IMG/VR virus record: IMGVR_UViG_3300045988_013611
Source of the DNA: a virus
Length of the DNA: 49,616 nucleotides
Reading direction: 5' to 3' (one strand)
Part shown: positions 17,845-25,821 of the stretch, in pieces
Numbering within the stretch: the first letter of the stretch is position 1
How the letters are laid out: every line of letters starts with the position of its first letter
Notes under the pieces: generated by a model
Database searches by the model: none
The model's input: only the letters and a program-made list of their open reading frames with translations
What the model was told of the DNA's origin: nothing
Made by a program: the position numbers and the translations under genes

Positions 17845-19229
17845 TCAATCTCGCTTTGAGCTTCAGTCACAACGTCCTGCATCTTCGGCAGCGCCGCCTT
17901 TGCGGTCGCCTCATCCTCGTTGAAATATTTTGCTCTAAACTCCCAGTCATTCATGATCCCGGCGTTCAGCAGCTGCAAATCGCGGGCAAACTCGTTGCCC
18001 TTGGTTTCCTGATCGTCAAGGATGCTGTCACCCCAATCGTAAGTAACCTCATACTCGCCATCCGCAGCCAGACCGTAGAGCGTGGCATACACATCCATTG
18101 CGTAAATCAACGCATCAAACGTGTGTTCAAGCGCCGTCTGGATGCTGCTAATCAGCACATACTTTCGCTGCTTGCCGCTTCTGATCTCTGTTGCAGTCTT
18201 TTCTACCGTCTGGGGGTCAGAAATGTCACCGTAAGACAAGCCGACGTTAAACTCAATACGCCGAAGAACGTCCTGAAAGCCCTTGTAAACCGCATCGTTT
18301 CGCAATTCAGGGTTAAGGAACTGGTAGAAGTCACCGTCAGCCGTAAAAGCGCCAATCTCAAACAGCCGCTTGTCAAACATGTTGGCCGTGCTTGTGTTGC
18401 CGTCCATCAGCACCTTGCGCTCACCAGATTTAAACTCCCACCACAGACGCTCCCACTGTTCATCGGCCTGTTTGATCAGCTCCATTGTCGCCGCATCGCC
18501 GTAGATGGACATGCCGCACAGGCTGTTTGTGTCTGCTGTGTTGGCAATGGGCGGTTTGAAATAGGCGAACAACGGCCCGTCCATGTTCTGGATGGTCACT
18601 TCCTCCTGAATGTCCGCCCATTCCGGCACCACTTCCAGCGGCGCAGGCGCACCCACAGAGCCGGTGGAATCACTATAATACGCCTTGTTCTTGATGGTGT
18701 AAACAGTATCGGTCAGATCGTGGGATTCCAGACGCACATAATACTTGCCATTGACCTTCACCGGCTTGTCGCGGAACACGCCGCCGATGCATCGCCCGGT
18801 CGGGTCAAACTTCGTCGGCTGAAAACCCGCCGCGCCGGTCATGTCCACCAGGAGCTTGTCGCCGTAGATGTACGGCTTCAAGGCCACGCCACCCAGCGCA
18901 AGTCCCAGCTCCAGCGCATTGCCAAAGCGCTCCTTTGCCAGCTTAAAACTATCGTTTAAGTAGTCCGCCCGCCGGCTGCCCGTGATGTTGGCCGTGAACT
19001 CCACCAGCGTTGGCCGCGTCACCTCTCGGCAAATGGCGGCAGGCAGTCCCACCGCTTTCACATTGCAGTCCTGCCAGGGCGGCGTATTGACCAGCATCGC
19101 ATACCATAGCGCGATCTGCTGCTCCATCGTCATACTGATGGCGGGAGATACACCAAATTCCCGCTCGGCCACAGCCTGCGGGAATAATGCGCGTCTTACC
19201 GCATTTACGAAACTGCCCAAAAAGCTCAT
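17841..19229 (-). CDS. Portal protein
   Basis: 462 aa. Lies directly after terL, and its size fits an SPP1-type portal. Confidence 0.8.
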   Translation of the reverse strand: MSFLGSFVNAVRRALFPQAVAEREFGVSPAISMTMEQQIALWYAMLVNTPPWQDCNVKAVGLPAAICREVTRPTLVEFTANITGSRRADYLNDSFKLAKERFGNALELGLALGGVALKPYIYGDKLLVDMTGAAGFQPTKFDPTGRCIGGVFRDKPVKVNGKYYVRLESHDLTDTVYTIKNKAYYSDSTGSVGAPAPLEVVPEWADIQEEVTIQNMDGPLFAYFKPPIANTADTNSLCGMSIYGDAATMELIKQADEQWERLWWEFKSGERKVLMDGNTSTANMFDKRLFEIGAFTADGDFYQFLNPELRNDAVYKGFQDVLRRIEFNVGLSYGDISDPQTVEKTATEIRSGKQRKYVLISSIQTALEHTFDALIYAMDVYATLYGLAADGEYEVTYDWGDSILDDQETKGNEFARDLQLLNAGIMNDWEFRAKYFNEDEATAKAALPKMQDVVTEAQSEIE

Positions 19230-20467
19230 CTTAACTCTCTCCTAATAACGGTACTACATAAATAGCGTGTCTGGTCTAGGGAATGGTCGTTCTCTTTTAT
19301 CACTTTATCTTCCGCCGCTTCGGAATCCCAGCTGTAAAGCCCGAATTCCTCAAACGTTTTCACGCAGCTCTCGTGGAATTTCAGCTTCCCCGCCTTGAGC
19401 AAAGCACCAGTCAAGCGGATACCGTCCAACACCGCATTATTAGCGTTCCACACGGCGAATTTTCCGTGCCGCCGTATGCACTCGGCAAACGATGCGGCGC
19501 TGGGATCAATGATGATCCGCTCGATCTTGTACCCATCCGCAAAACATTCCAGGTCTTGATAATACTCCTCGTCTGTCTTCTGCCGGTTGGTTTCGCGCCC
19601 GCTGTGATAGTATTCCTTCTCCATCACAGCTTCTCCCTTGTGTACGCGCCACAGCCCAAGTACCGTAGGGTTCTGCGTACCGTAGTCGCAGCTGATGTAA
19701 TACGTCCCCGGCCCGCCCCGTTCGCTCGTCACGTTGACCTCGCGGGAAAACATGGGGTACACCAGACCCTCGGCAATACAACGCTCGCCAAGAATATCAC
19801 GACGATACCAGATGCTACTTGTGTCATACTGGCTCTCGATCTCCGCCAACCGTTGCGCTGTAATTGTCGCATTGTCGCGGATGGTGAAGTGACGATAATT
19901 ATATCGTTCTCCAAATTGGGAACGAAACCGGTCAATATACCGCTGGTATATCCAATGCCCCGGCGATGATGGGTTCAAATCCCAAAAAACGCGGCGCACC
20001 TTTGCCGCAAGCTGGCGGTTAAATGCTTCTTTGATCGTATCCTCGTGATGTAGGTTGATCTCCGTGGCAATCCACATCCCATACGAGTTGCCTCGTATTT
20101 TCTTGAAACTGTCCGCCTTTGCGCCACCTGCAAAGATTACAACATAATCGCGTCCGCAAGACTTTATCACAAGGGCTTCGTTCCCTTTATATTTCGTCCA
20201 CCGGCACCGGCCACGGAAGATATACTCAAGCCCGAATCCGTTTGCATCGCCAATGTTGAGCTTTGCATTTGCCGCCGTGGAACCTGTGGCGAGATGAATC
20301 CTATCCGGGGTTCCTTTTTCTATCAGCGCCGCAAAAGCAGCAATGTTGTCGATGGTCTTACCAGCACGAACGGCACCTTCTGCAACAGAAATTGTGCATC
20401 GTGTAGCGTCCTGAATGTACGCCTTGTGCTTTTCGCCAAAAGCAGGGCGAATTGTCACCGTCTTCAT
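19226..20467 (-). CDS. terL: Terminase large subunit (PBSX-like)
   Basis: 413 aa. Walker A-like GAVRAGKT near the N-terminus. Confidence 0.85.
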   Translation of the reverse strand: MKTVTIRPAFGEKHKAYIQDATRCTISVAEGAVRAGKTIDNIAAFAALIEKGTPDRIHLATGSTAANAKLNIGDANGFGLEYIFRGRCRWTKYKGNEALVIKSCGRDYVVIFAGGAKADSFKKIRGNSYGMWIATEINLHHEDTIKEAFNRQLAAKVRRVFWDLNPSSPGHWIYQRYIDRFRSQFGERYNYRHFTIRDNATITAQRLAEIESQYDTSSIWYRRDILGERCIAEGLVYPMFSREVNVTSERGGPGTYYISCDYGTQNPTVLGLWRVHKGEAVMEKEYYHSGRETNRQKTDEEYYQDLECFADGYKIERIIIDPSAASFAECIRRHGKFAVWNANNAVLDGIRLTGALLKAGKLKFHESCVKTFEEFGLYSWDSEAAEDKVIKENDHSLDQTRYLCSTVIRRELR

Positions 20468-20802
20468 TCGATGCCTGCTTCTTTCAGATAGGCGTCGGTG
20501 TCCTCCACGTCAACGGTTTCCTCCGGCTCGTCTCGCTGACCAAGATATTGCTTACCAAGCCAGATCGCCATTGTGGCGTTCTTTTCGGCAAGCCGCCACT
20601 GCATTCTTCGTAGCGATATTTTACCGCGCCCTCTCTTTTGGGCGAATACCTCGGAAAAATGTTTCCCGTATGTGCGCTTACACCAAGCGTCCAGCGTTTT
20701 ATCTGTGACGTCAAGCGCGTCGCAAAACTCCGGAAGGGTGCATTGCAGCCCGCAAAGGGTCTCGAACTGCTTCTGATCTATTTCTTTTCTCGGTCTTGCC
20801 AC
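20464..20802 (-). CDS. terS: Terminase small subunit
   Basis: 112 aa with a GTG start and RBS AGGAGGG. HTH-like N-terminus; overlaps terL. Confidence 0.7.
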   Translation of the reverse strand: MARPRKEIDQKQFETLCGLQCTLPEFCDALDVTDKTLDAWCKRTYGKHFSEVFAQKRGRGKISLRRMQWRLAEKNATMAIWLGKQYLGQRDEPEETVDVEDTDAYLKEAGIE

Positions 20803-20897
20803 ACATACCCTCCTTTCTCCTTTGACGTTTTATAAACTTCTCCATGTCCCGCTTTAAGTACGGGCTGGTTGTTTTCTGCATTATGGCCTGTGCTTCT

Positions 20898-22091
20898 TTA
20901 ATCGTCACTGACCAGCACCGCCTTTTCTCCTGTAAACTTCTCCCAACGATCAATGATTACATCGGCATACTTTGGGTCAAACTCCATGCAGTATGCGTGC
21001 CTGCCGTTCTGCTCTGCCGCCATTATCGTTGTGCCGGAACCAGCAAACAGATCGAGGACATTCTCGCCCGGTTTGCTGGAACACTGCATCTGATAATCAA
21101 ACAGCTTAATCGGCTTCATGGTCGGATGCTCCGCAGACTTAATCGGCTTATCAAAATTAAGAACAGTTGTCTGTCTGCGGTTCTTGAAGAAGTAATGCTT
21201 CTTTCCTTCCGTCCATCCGTAAAGGCAAGGCTCATGCGCATCCTCTTCAATTTCACTCTCACCGTACAGGCACGGCTCATGTTTCCACTGATAATCTTGC
21301 CGACCGAACGCAGATATATTCTTTACCCATATAAGCATCTGATGAACACGCAAAGCAGCATCTTTGCAAGCTCCAAAAAAATTATATCCTTCGAGCCCTG
21401 CATGCCAGATATAGAACGGAGCGCCGGGCTTCATGACCATCGCCGCATTGGAGAAGGCATCCGTCAGGAACCGCCTAAAGGTTGCATCTTCCATGTTATC
21501 GTTTTTGATTTTGCCGGCGGTGCCCTGATAGTCCACGTTGTAAGGAGGGTCAGTAAGCAGTAAATCAATTTGTGCCCCACCCAGAAGCTTTTGTACGTCC
21601 GTCAAAGACGTGCTGTCTCCGCACATAAGGCGATGGTCTTCCAGCTGGTACACATCTCCAAGCTTGCTCTTAGGATTCGCTGGGATGACAGGTTCATAAT
21701 CATCCTCGACAACGGAATCGTCCAGCTCGTCGCGCAATCCCCAATCGAAATCAAATCCTGACAGGTCAAGCCCGGGCAGTTCATCTGCCAGCAAATCAAA
21801 GTCCCAATCGCTCTCGTTGCTCTTGTTATCCACCAGCCGCAGGGCGTTCACCTGCTCCGGTGTCAGATCGTCCACGCAGACGCAAGGCACTTCTTCCATG
21901 CCCAACTTCTTTGCCGCCATAGCGCGGCAGTGGCCGATGACAATAACACCCTCTCGGTCAATCACAATCGGCTGCACGAACCCGTACTGTTTAATGCTTT
22001 CGGCCACATTGTTGATTTGCCGTCTGTCGTGCTTCTTGGCATTTGCAGCATACGGCATAATATCCGCCAGCCGCTTGTTTTTTACTTCCAT
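20898..22091 (-). CDS. ParB-like nuclease domain fused to an N6A/N4C DNA methyltransferase
   Basis: Start moved to ATG 22091 with RBS AAGGAGG. ParB-like N-terminus (KHDRRQINNVAESIKQYGFVQPIVI), DPPY motif (LLLTDPPYNV), then FAGSGTT. Confidence 0.8.
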   Translation of the reverse strand: MEVKNKRLADIMPYAANAKKHDRRQINNVAESIKQYGFVQPIVIDREGVIVIGHCRAMAAKKLGMEEVPCVCVDDLTPEQVNALRLVDNKSNESDWDFDLLADELPGLDLSGFDFDWGLRDELDDSVVEDDYEPVIPANPKSKLGDVYQLEDHRLMCGDSTSLTDVQKLLGGAQIDLLLTDPPYNVDYQGTAGKIKNDNMEDATFRRFLTDAFSNAAMVMKPGAPFYIWHAGLEGYNFFGACKDAALRVHQMLIWVKNISAFGRQDYQWKHEPCLYGESEIEEDAHEPCLYGWTEGKKHYFFKNRRQTTVLNFDKPIKSAEHPTMKPIKLFDYQMQCSSKPGENVLDLFAGSGTTIMAAEQNGRHAYCMEFDPKYADVIIDRWEKFTGEKAVLVSDD

Positions 22092-22849
22092 GTGGCCTCC
22101 TTTGTCTGACGCACCGTCCTCCCACCACTGGCCTTTGTCATTGGCACGTCTGTACCCGGCTTTCGCCTCACCTGAATATAACGTCTTCCCTGGGACACAT
22201 TGCCAAGAGGTGCGGGAAGTCCTATACGAAGTAAGCAGACTATTTGGGACGCATCCCATACAGCGGTCTGCCAGCGCAATCACACCGCGCTGCGCCTTTT
22301 CATCAGCCGCACACTGTTTTTGCGGATTAACTGTCCGCCGCTGTGGCCACAGCTTGTGTGCACTTAACTTCTCGCGCTTCCTCGCCCGCTTGTGTGGTTG
22401 GTGCGGCATTGCAGTCCTGCCCTGCTTTAGCGCTTCAGGGAAAGTCCCCGTCACTCGCTGTGGTCTCCCCTTACGGGGCACCTATGCCGCATACAGTGCG
22501 TTTTCTTTCGGCTTCCGCCTATCCGCCTTGAGGAATACGCACAACCCTTCGGAACTCCATGGTAAACGCATGGCGGAGCGCCTACCGCTTCAATGTTCTG
22601 GCACACTTTCGGGCGGGACGCTATGCCACTTGCCCACGGTAGTGCCGCACCGCTTTTTTCGTCGCGGATTCCGTCTCTACAGGCTCCGTATTACCCAGCC
22701 GTTTTCTATGTGTCGGCACACTGTGGCCGGATGGGAGGCGCGACCTCCCGCCCCTGATCGTGGGGTAGCTCACGCAGTCCGGCGTATGCCCGTCATATAC
22801 CGCTGGCGGGAAAGCGGTTGAAAGGAAAACAATACCGTAAAAGGCGGTA
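22092..22849 (-). ncRNA. Candidate large structured non-coding RNA (class unknown; ROOL/GOLLD-like context)
   Basis: About 760 nt with no RBS-led ORF, in a genome that is otherwise densely coding. Many GC helices carry GNRA or UNCG loops. It lies adjacent to a tRNA-like gene. See findings. Confidence 0.45.
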
Positions 22850-22933
22850 TGGAGGCATTGGCGGGAATCGAACCCTGCATCGTCCATCGGCGGCGGTTTC
22901 CGCCGTGCGCTCTTCCAACTGAGCTACAATGCC
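22850..22933 (-). tRNA. tRNA-like gene with a non-canonical anticodon arm and an 11-12 nt variable region
   Basis: Perfect 7-bp acceptor stem (GGCATTG/CAATGCC) plus an encoded CCA. Canonical D arm GCTC-AGTTGGAA-GAGC and T loop TTCGATT. The anticodon region CGGCGG-AAA-CCGCCG lacks U33. Confidence 0.6.
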
Positions 22934-23042
22934 GTGTGTGCCCGCCGCCGTGCAACGACGGGACACAGAAAGGAGAATGAAAAATGAATGCAAGCAAGAT
23001 GATGAATAGGAGGTGTCATAGGGTCCGCACGTCCCCGTGACT

Positions 23043-23051
23043 ATTGTACCA
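23043..23051 (-). promoter_or_regulatory. Extended -10 promoter (TGgTACAAT) upstream of the tRNA-like gene
   Basis: The reverse complement of 23043-23051 reads TGGTACAAT. It lies about 110 nt upstream of the tRNA-like 5' end. Confidence 0.4.
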
Positions 23052-23119
23052 CACTTTTTGCAATGTTTATAGTGCAAAAACGCGGATTTTCTAAAGTAGT
23101 TATTCTAATTAAACACTTT

Positions 23120-23704
23120 TCACACTTCCTCGAAATACTTCACATCTCCGATGCTGCAAACGTAAATCTGCCCCTCATGGTATTCACTGTGTCCGGCGAT
23201 CTGGGGATTATAAAACACCGTCGCATTGCCGATGTCGGTAAATGTTTCACCGTACACAAACACCTCGCAAAAGGCGTTTCGCGCCGCGTCAGACACCCAG
23301 CTTGCTGGGGTGGTATACTGATACTCCCTGCATACGTCCTCCGGCGTGTAGCGGTTCCTGTGGCGATTGCAAGCGTTAAACAGGGCTTGTACAATGCCGC
23401 GGCACTGGTCGGCATCGTTTCCCGCTTCTGCCGTAACGATCTGAAGCACCTTCGTCACGTCGTAGCCGAAGGTCTCAAACTCCCGGTCTGTTCCGATGGC
23501 TGAAATCACCGCCTCCGCGCTTTTCTTCGCTTCGTCCTGGTCTTCGTATGGTTCTTCGTGTGGGCCGCCCTCGATCACCAGAATCGTGCGCTCCTCGCGC
23601 TCCGGCTCCTTTGCAGAAAAGCCGGTCAGCACCACCAGCGCCGCCGCCAGTATCAGCAGCACCCACGCAGCGGCAATAATGCGGTCATTTGTCGTTGGTT
23701 TCAT
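23120..23704 (-). CDS. Membrane-anchored SleB/CwlJ-type cell wall hydrolase
   Basis: Start moved to ATG 23704. An N-terminal TM helix, then VTAEAGNDADQCRGIVQALFNACNRH...ATVFYNP, which resembles the Hydrolase_2 fold. Confidence 0.6.
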   Translation of the reverse strand: MKPTTNDRIIAAAWVLLILAAALVVLTGFSAKEPEREERTILVIEGGPHEEPYEDQDEAKKSAEAVISAIGTDREFETFGYDVTKVLQIVTAEAGNDADQCRGIVQALFNACNRHRNRYTPEDVCREYQYTTPASWVSDAARNAFCEVFVYGETFTDIGNATVFYNPQIAGHSEYHEGQIYVCSIGDVKYFEEV

Positions 23705-23717
23705 TTGTTTTATGACG

Positions 23718-23984
23718 CTATTCCTCCTTTCTCTTACCGTAGGAGCAGAAGTCCTCCGGCTTGCGGCTCTGGAACCCGCAAATAACGCAGCTCCCGCCAA
23801 ACTCATGCTTACAGTCCTTGCAACGCACCACGACCGCCACATCGTCCGGCGTTTTGACTTTTTTATCAATCACGTCCTGACATACCTTTTCAACCGCCTT
23901 TGCCCTCTCGTAATATTTGCTACCAAAAGTGATTTCGTTGTCGCCATCGCCGTTCGTGTATTTTGCGTTCCACCAAGACATCAC
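23718..23984 (-). CDS. Hypothetical Cys-rich protein
   Basis: 88 aa. CKDCKH...CVIC motif. Confidence 0.5.
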   Translation of the reverse strand: MMSWWNAKYTNGDGDNEITFGSKYYERAKAVEKVCQDVIDKKVKTPDDVAVVVRCKDCKHEFGGSCVICGFQSRKPEDFCSYGKRKEE

Positions 23985-23987
23985 TTT

Positions 23988-24317
23988 TCATCCCCTTCCG
24001 TCCATTTTCGCACCGCAGTTGGGGCAGTAGTTCGCACCATACGGCAAACATTCGCCGCACAGAGAGCACAGCCAAAAACACCCCATGTCTCCGTCTTCAA
24101 TTTTTCTCCCACGTACCACGTCAGCCCTCCTGTTCCATGCCTCGATTGCATTCTCAATGGCAACATAGACTCTACTCGTAGCACCACATACTTTGCATTT
24201 CACGTAGACGTAATGTGTGTTGTAAGGAAAGCGCATAGAGGCGAATAACTTATTTCTCTTAATAGATCTTTTTTCTGCATCACCGCCGCAGAACGGGCAC
24301 GGTTTTAAGTCATTCAT
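23988..24317 (-). CDS. Lar-family restriction-alleviation-like protein with an extra C-terminal zinc ribbon
   Basis: 109 aa. LKPCPFCGG...C..CG...AIEAWNRR signature. Confidence 0.6.
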   Translation of the reverse strand: MNDLKPCPFCGGDAEKRSIKRNKLFASMRFPYNTHYVYVKCKVCGATSRVYVAIENAIEAWNRRADVVRGRKIEDGDMGCFWLCSLCGECLPYGANYCPNCGAKMDGRG

Positions 24318-24798
24318 CCGTCATCGCCTCCAGTGCTTTTTCCGCCTCCTCGCTCAACGGTGAAATGTACCCAGCAGCAGTATTTTCAAGGAAGATGTTG
24401 TATGGCTGGTGAAACACGACCCCTTCGCTCACATAGGCGACTGCAAAGTGCACCCTTTTTATAAGTCGCGGATTCTCTGGATAACTTGTATCAAGCATTG
24501 CGCCGTCAGTCCCGACCGGCAGCACCGCCACGCGCCCGTCCTTGTCGGCCTCGGCAAGCTCCCGCAGGCTGGTATAGTTGCAAAAGCTTTCTAAATCAGC
24601 AAGACGCATTAGCTTCAGTGCGATCTCGTCTGCCTTATCTTTCGGCAAGACTTCCTCCGGCGTCAGCCCCGTGTCTAAATACTGACGCAGTAACGGGCAG
24701 TAGGCAGCCGGAACCGCCGTGCAGAACCCGCCAACCGCGGTACAATTCCCATTGTCCGTATGGCGAAAATTACAACGCAAGCAATTGTTCTTTTCCAT
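24310..24798 (-). CDS. Hypothetical Cys-rich protein with a YxDTGLTPEEV motif
   Basis: Start moved to ATG 24798 with RBS GGAGGTGGAG. TGATG overlap with the upstream gene. Confidence 0.55.
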   Translation of the reverse strand: MEKNNCLRCNFRHTDNGNCTAVGGFCTAVPAAYCPLLRQYLDTGLTPEEVLPKDKADEIALKLMRLADLESFCNYTSLRELAEADKDGRVAVLPVGTDGAMLDTSYPENPRLIKRVHFAVAYVSEGVVFHQPYNIFLENTAAGYISPLSEEAEKALEAMTDE

Positions 24799-25157
24799 CA
24801 CTCCACCTCCTGACCCCAAAAATCTTTACGACAGTCAGAGCATTGGCGCTGCATATTTGCGCAGTTACCGTCGTTGTTCCTGTACGACGCGGAAATCAAT
24901 AAAGGGCATCCTTTGAGCACGCCGTCATCTCCAATTCTTGCCTCCGGATACTGCTCCAGAAACACGCTCTGCCGTGTTTTGCGCGGGTGTGCGGCAGACC
25001 ATTCCTCAACGACCCTCACGACTTCTCCCGCTGTTTCCTGCGATTGCTCCTCCACATTTACCGTGCAAAAGTCAGTCATGAATGCAGGACATTCCTCACA
25101 GTCAGAAACTTTGCCGCACATACGCAGATATTCCTTTACAAACTTCACAGCATCCAT
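24798..25157 (-). CDS. Hypothetical Cys-rich protein
   Basis: Start moved to ATG 25157 with a TGATG overlap. N-terminus MDAVKFVKEYLRMCG. Confidence 0.5.
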   Translation of the reverse strand: MDAVKFVKEYLRMCGKVSDCEECPAFMTDFCTVNVEEQSQETAGEVVRVVEEWSAAHPRKTRQSVFLEQYPEARIGDDGVLKGCPLLISASYRNNDGNCANMQRQCSDCRKDFWGQEVE

Positions 25158-25270
25158 CACATTTCCCCCCATTTGCACCCGTCACAGGCGCCCTCGTGTG
25201 CTTTTTTGTACTTCCCGCAGTATTGGCATAGCTCGTTGATAAGTGCCTTGCGATCTGCCGCCAGCTTCAT
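25157..25270 (-). CDS. Small Cys-rich protein (37 aa)
   Basis: ATG 25270 forms an ATGA overlap with the upstream stop. Contains CQYCGKYKKAHEGACDGC. Confidence 0.4.
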   Translation of the reverse strand: MKLAADRKALINELCQYCGKYKKAHEGACDGCKWGEM

Positions 25271-25821
25271 GTTGCTGCCAAACAGCGTTTCATTGATGGC
25301 GGCGTACTGCTCGGCGGTGTTCTTTGCAGTTCCTCTTTCAGTTTCACGATTTCGCAAATTGCATTGCCGTTTGCCGCCATCATGTCGGTCACATCGTTCG
25401 GCGTCAGCCCCGTATCCTCATAAGCAGCGAGACGCTCCCACACCTTCCGCGCCGAACACGCGCCGTTATACGGGCACGGAAGCTCCCGGCATTGCGCGAT
25501 ATCGCAGAAGTTCCCCTCAAACGTCAGTCGTTCCATGTTTTTCCTCCTTTGCCTCCTCAATCCGACCGCCAGCCGTTCCAGCTTGTACCGGCGGTACTTG
25601 TCAACAGTCTCTTTGCAGTCGAACAGCATTACCATCTGCTGAAGCATGATCTCCACGTCGGCGATCTCCTCCGCAATGTGGGTGGTGTTCTCCTGCCCTC
25701 TGCTGTTTTTGCAAAGCTCCTTTGTCAGCTCGCTCATTTCCTCGATGGCCATTGTCACCTGTAATTCCTTCCCGAAGGTTTCCAGCGCCGCCTGACAAAT
25801 TACGTTATCGTGTAGCATCAT
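25267..25821 (-). CDS. MazG-like NTP pyrophosphohydrolase fused to, or overlapping, a Cys-rich YEDTGLTP module
   Basis: 184 aa. EEMSELTKEL...EEIADVEIML is MazG-like. An internal ATG at 25536 has a perfect RBS, AAAGGAGG. Confidence 0.6.
   Translation of the reverse strand: MMLHDNVICQAALETFGKELQVTMAIEEMSELTKELCKNSRGQENTTHIAEEIADVEIMLQQMVMLFDCKETVDKYRRYKLERLAVGLRRQRRKNMERLTFEGNFCDIAQCRELPCPYNGACSARKVWERLAAYEDTGLTPNDVTDMMAANGNAICEIVKLKEELQRTPPSSTPPSMKRCLAAT

Noticed and set aside
21217-21281. A 45-bp imperfect tandem duplication in the ParB-methyltransferase gene (HEPCLYG encoded twice)
   Set aside because: It is real in the sequence, but it is in frame and small. It is most simply a tolerated loop duplication, and nothing suggests a separate element.
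22092-22481. The 130-aa N-terminal extension of the ParB-methyltransferase ORF (track ORF 20898-22481)
   Set aside because: It is R/K/Q-rich, has no RBS and matches no domain. A canonical AAGGAGG-N5-ATG at 22091 starts the ParB-like domain exactly. The open frame is what a GC-rich non-coding stretch produces by chance.
22793-23077. The 94-aa ORF (MHYKHCKKCG...) and the 75- and 88-aa ORFs overlapping the tRNA-like gene
   Set aside because: They read straight through the tRNA-like gene and its leader, lack an RBS, and have junk-like composition after the first few residues.
25267-25357. A true frameshift joining ORF 25267-25821 to ORF 25157-25357
   Set aside because: It is possible, but an ATGA-coupled start at 25270 gives a simple two-gene reading consistent with the coupling used throughout this operon. 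No slippery site is evident. It is kept only as a caveat in a finding.
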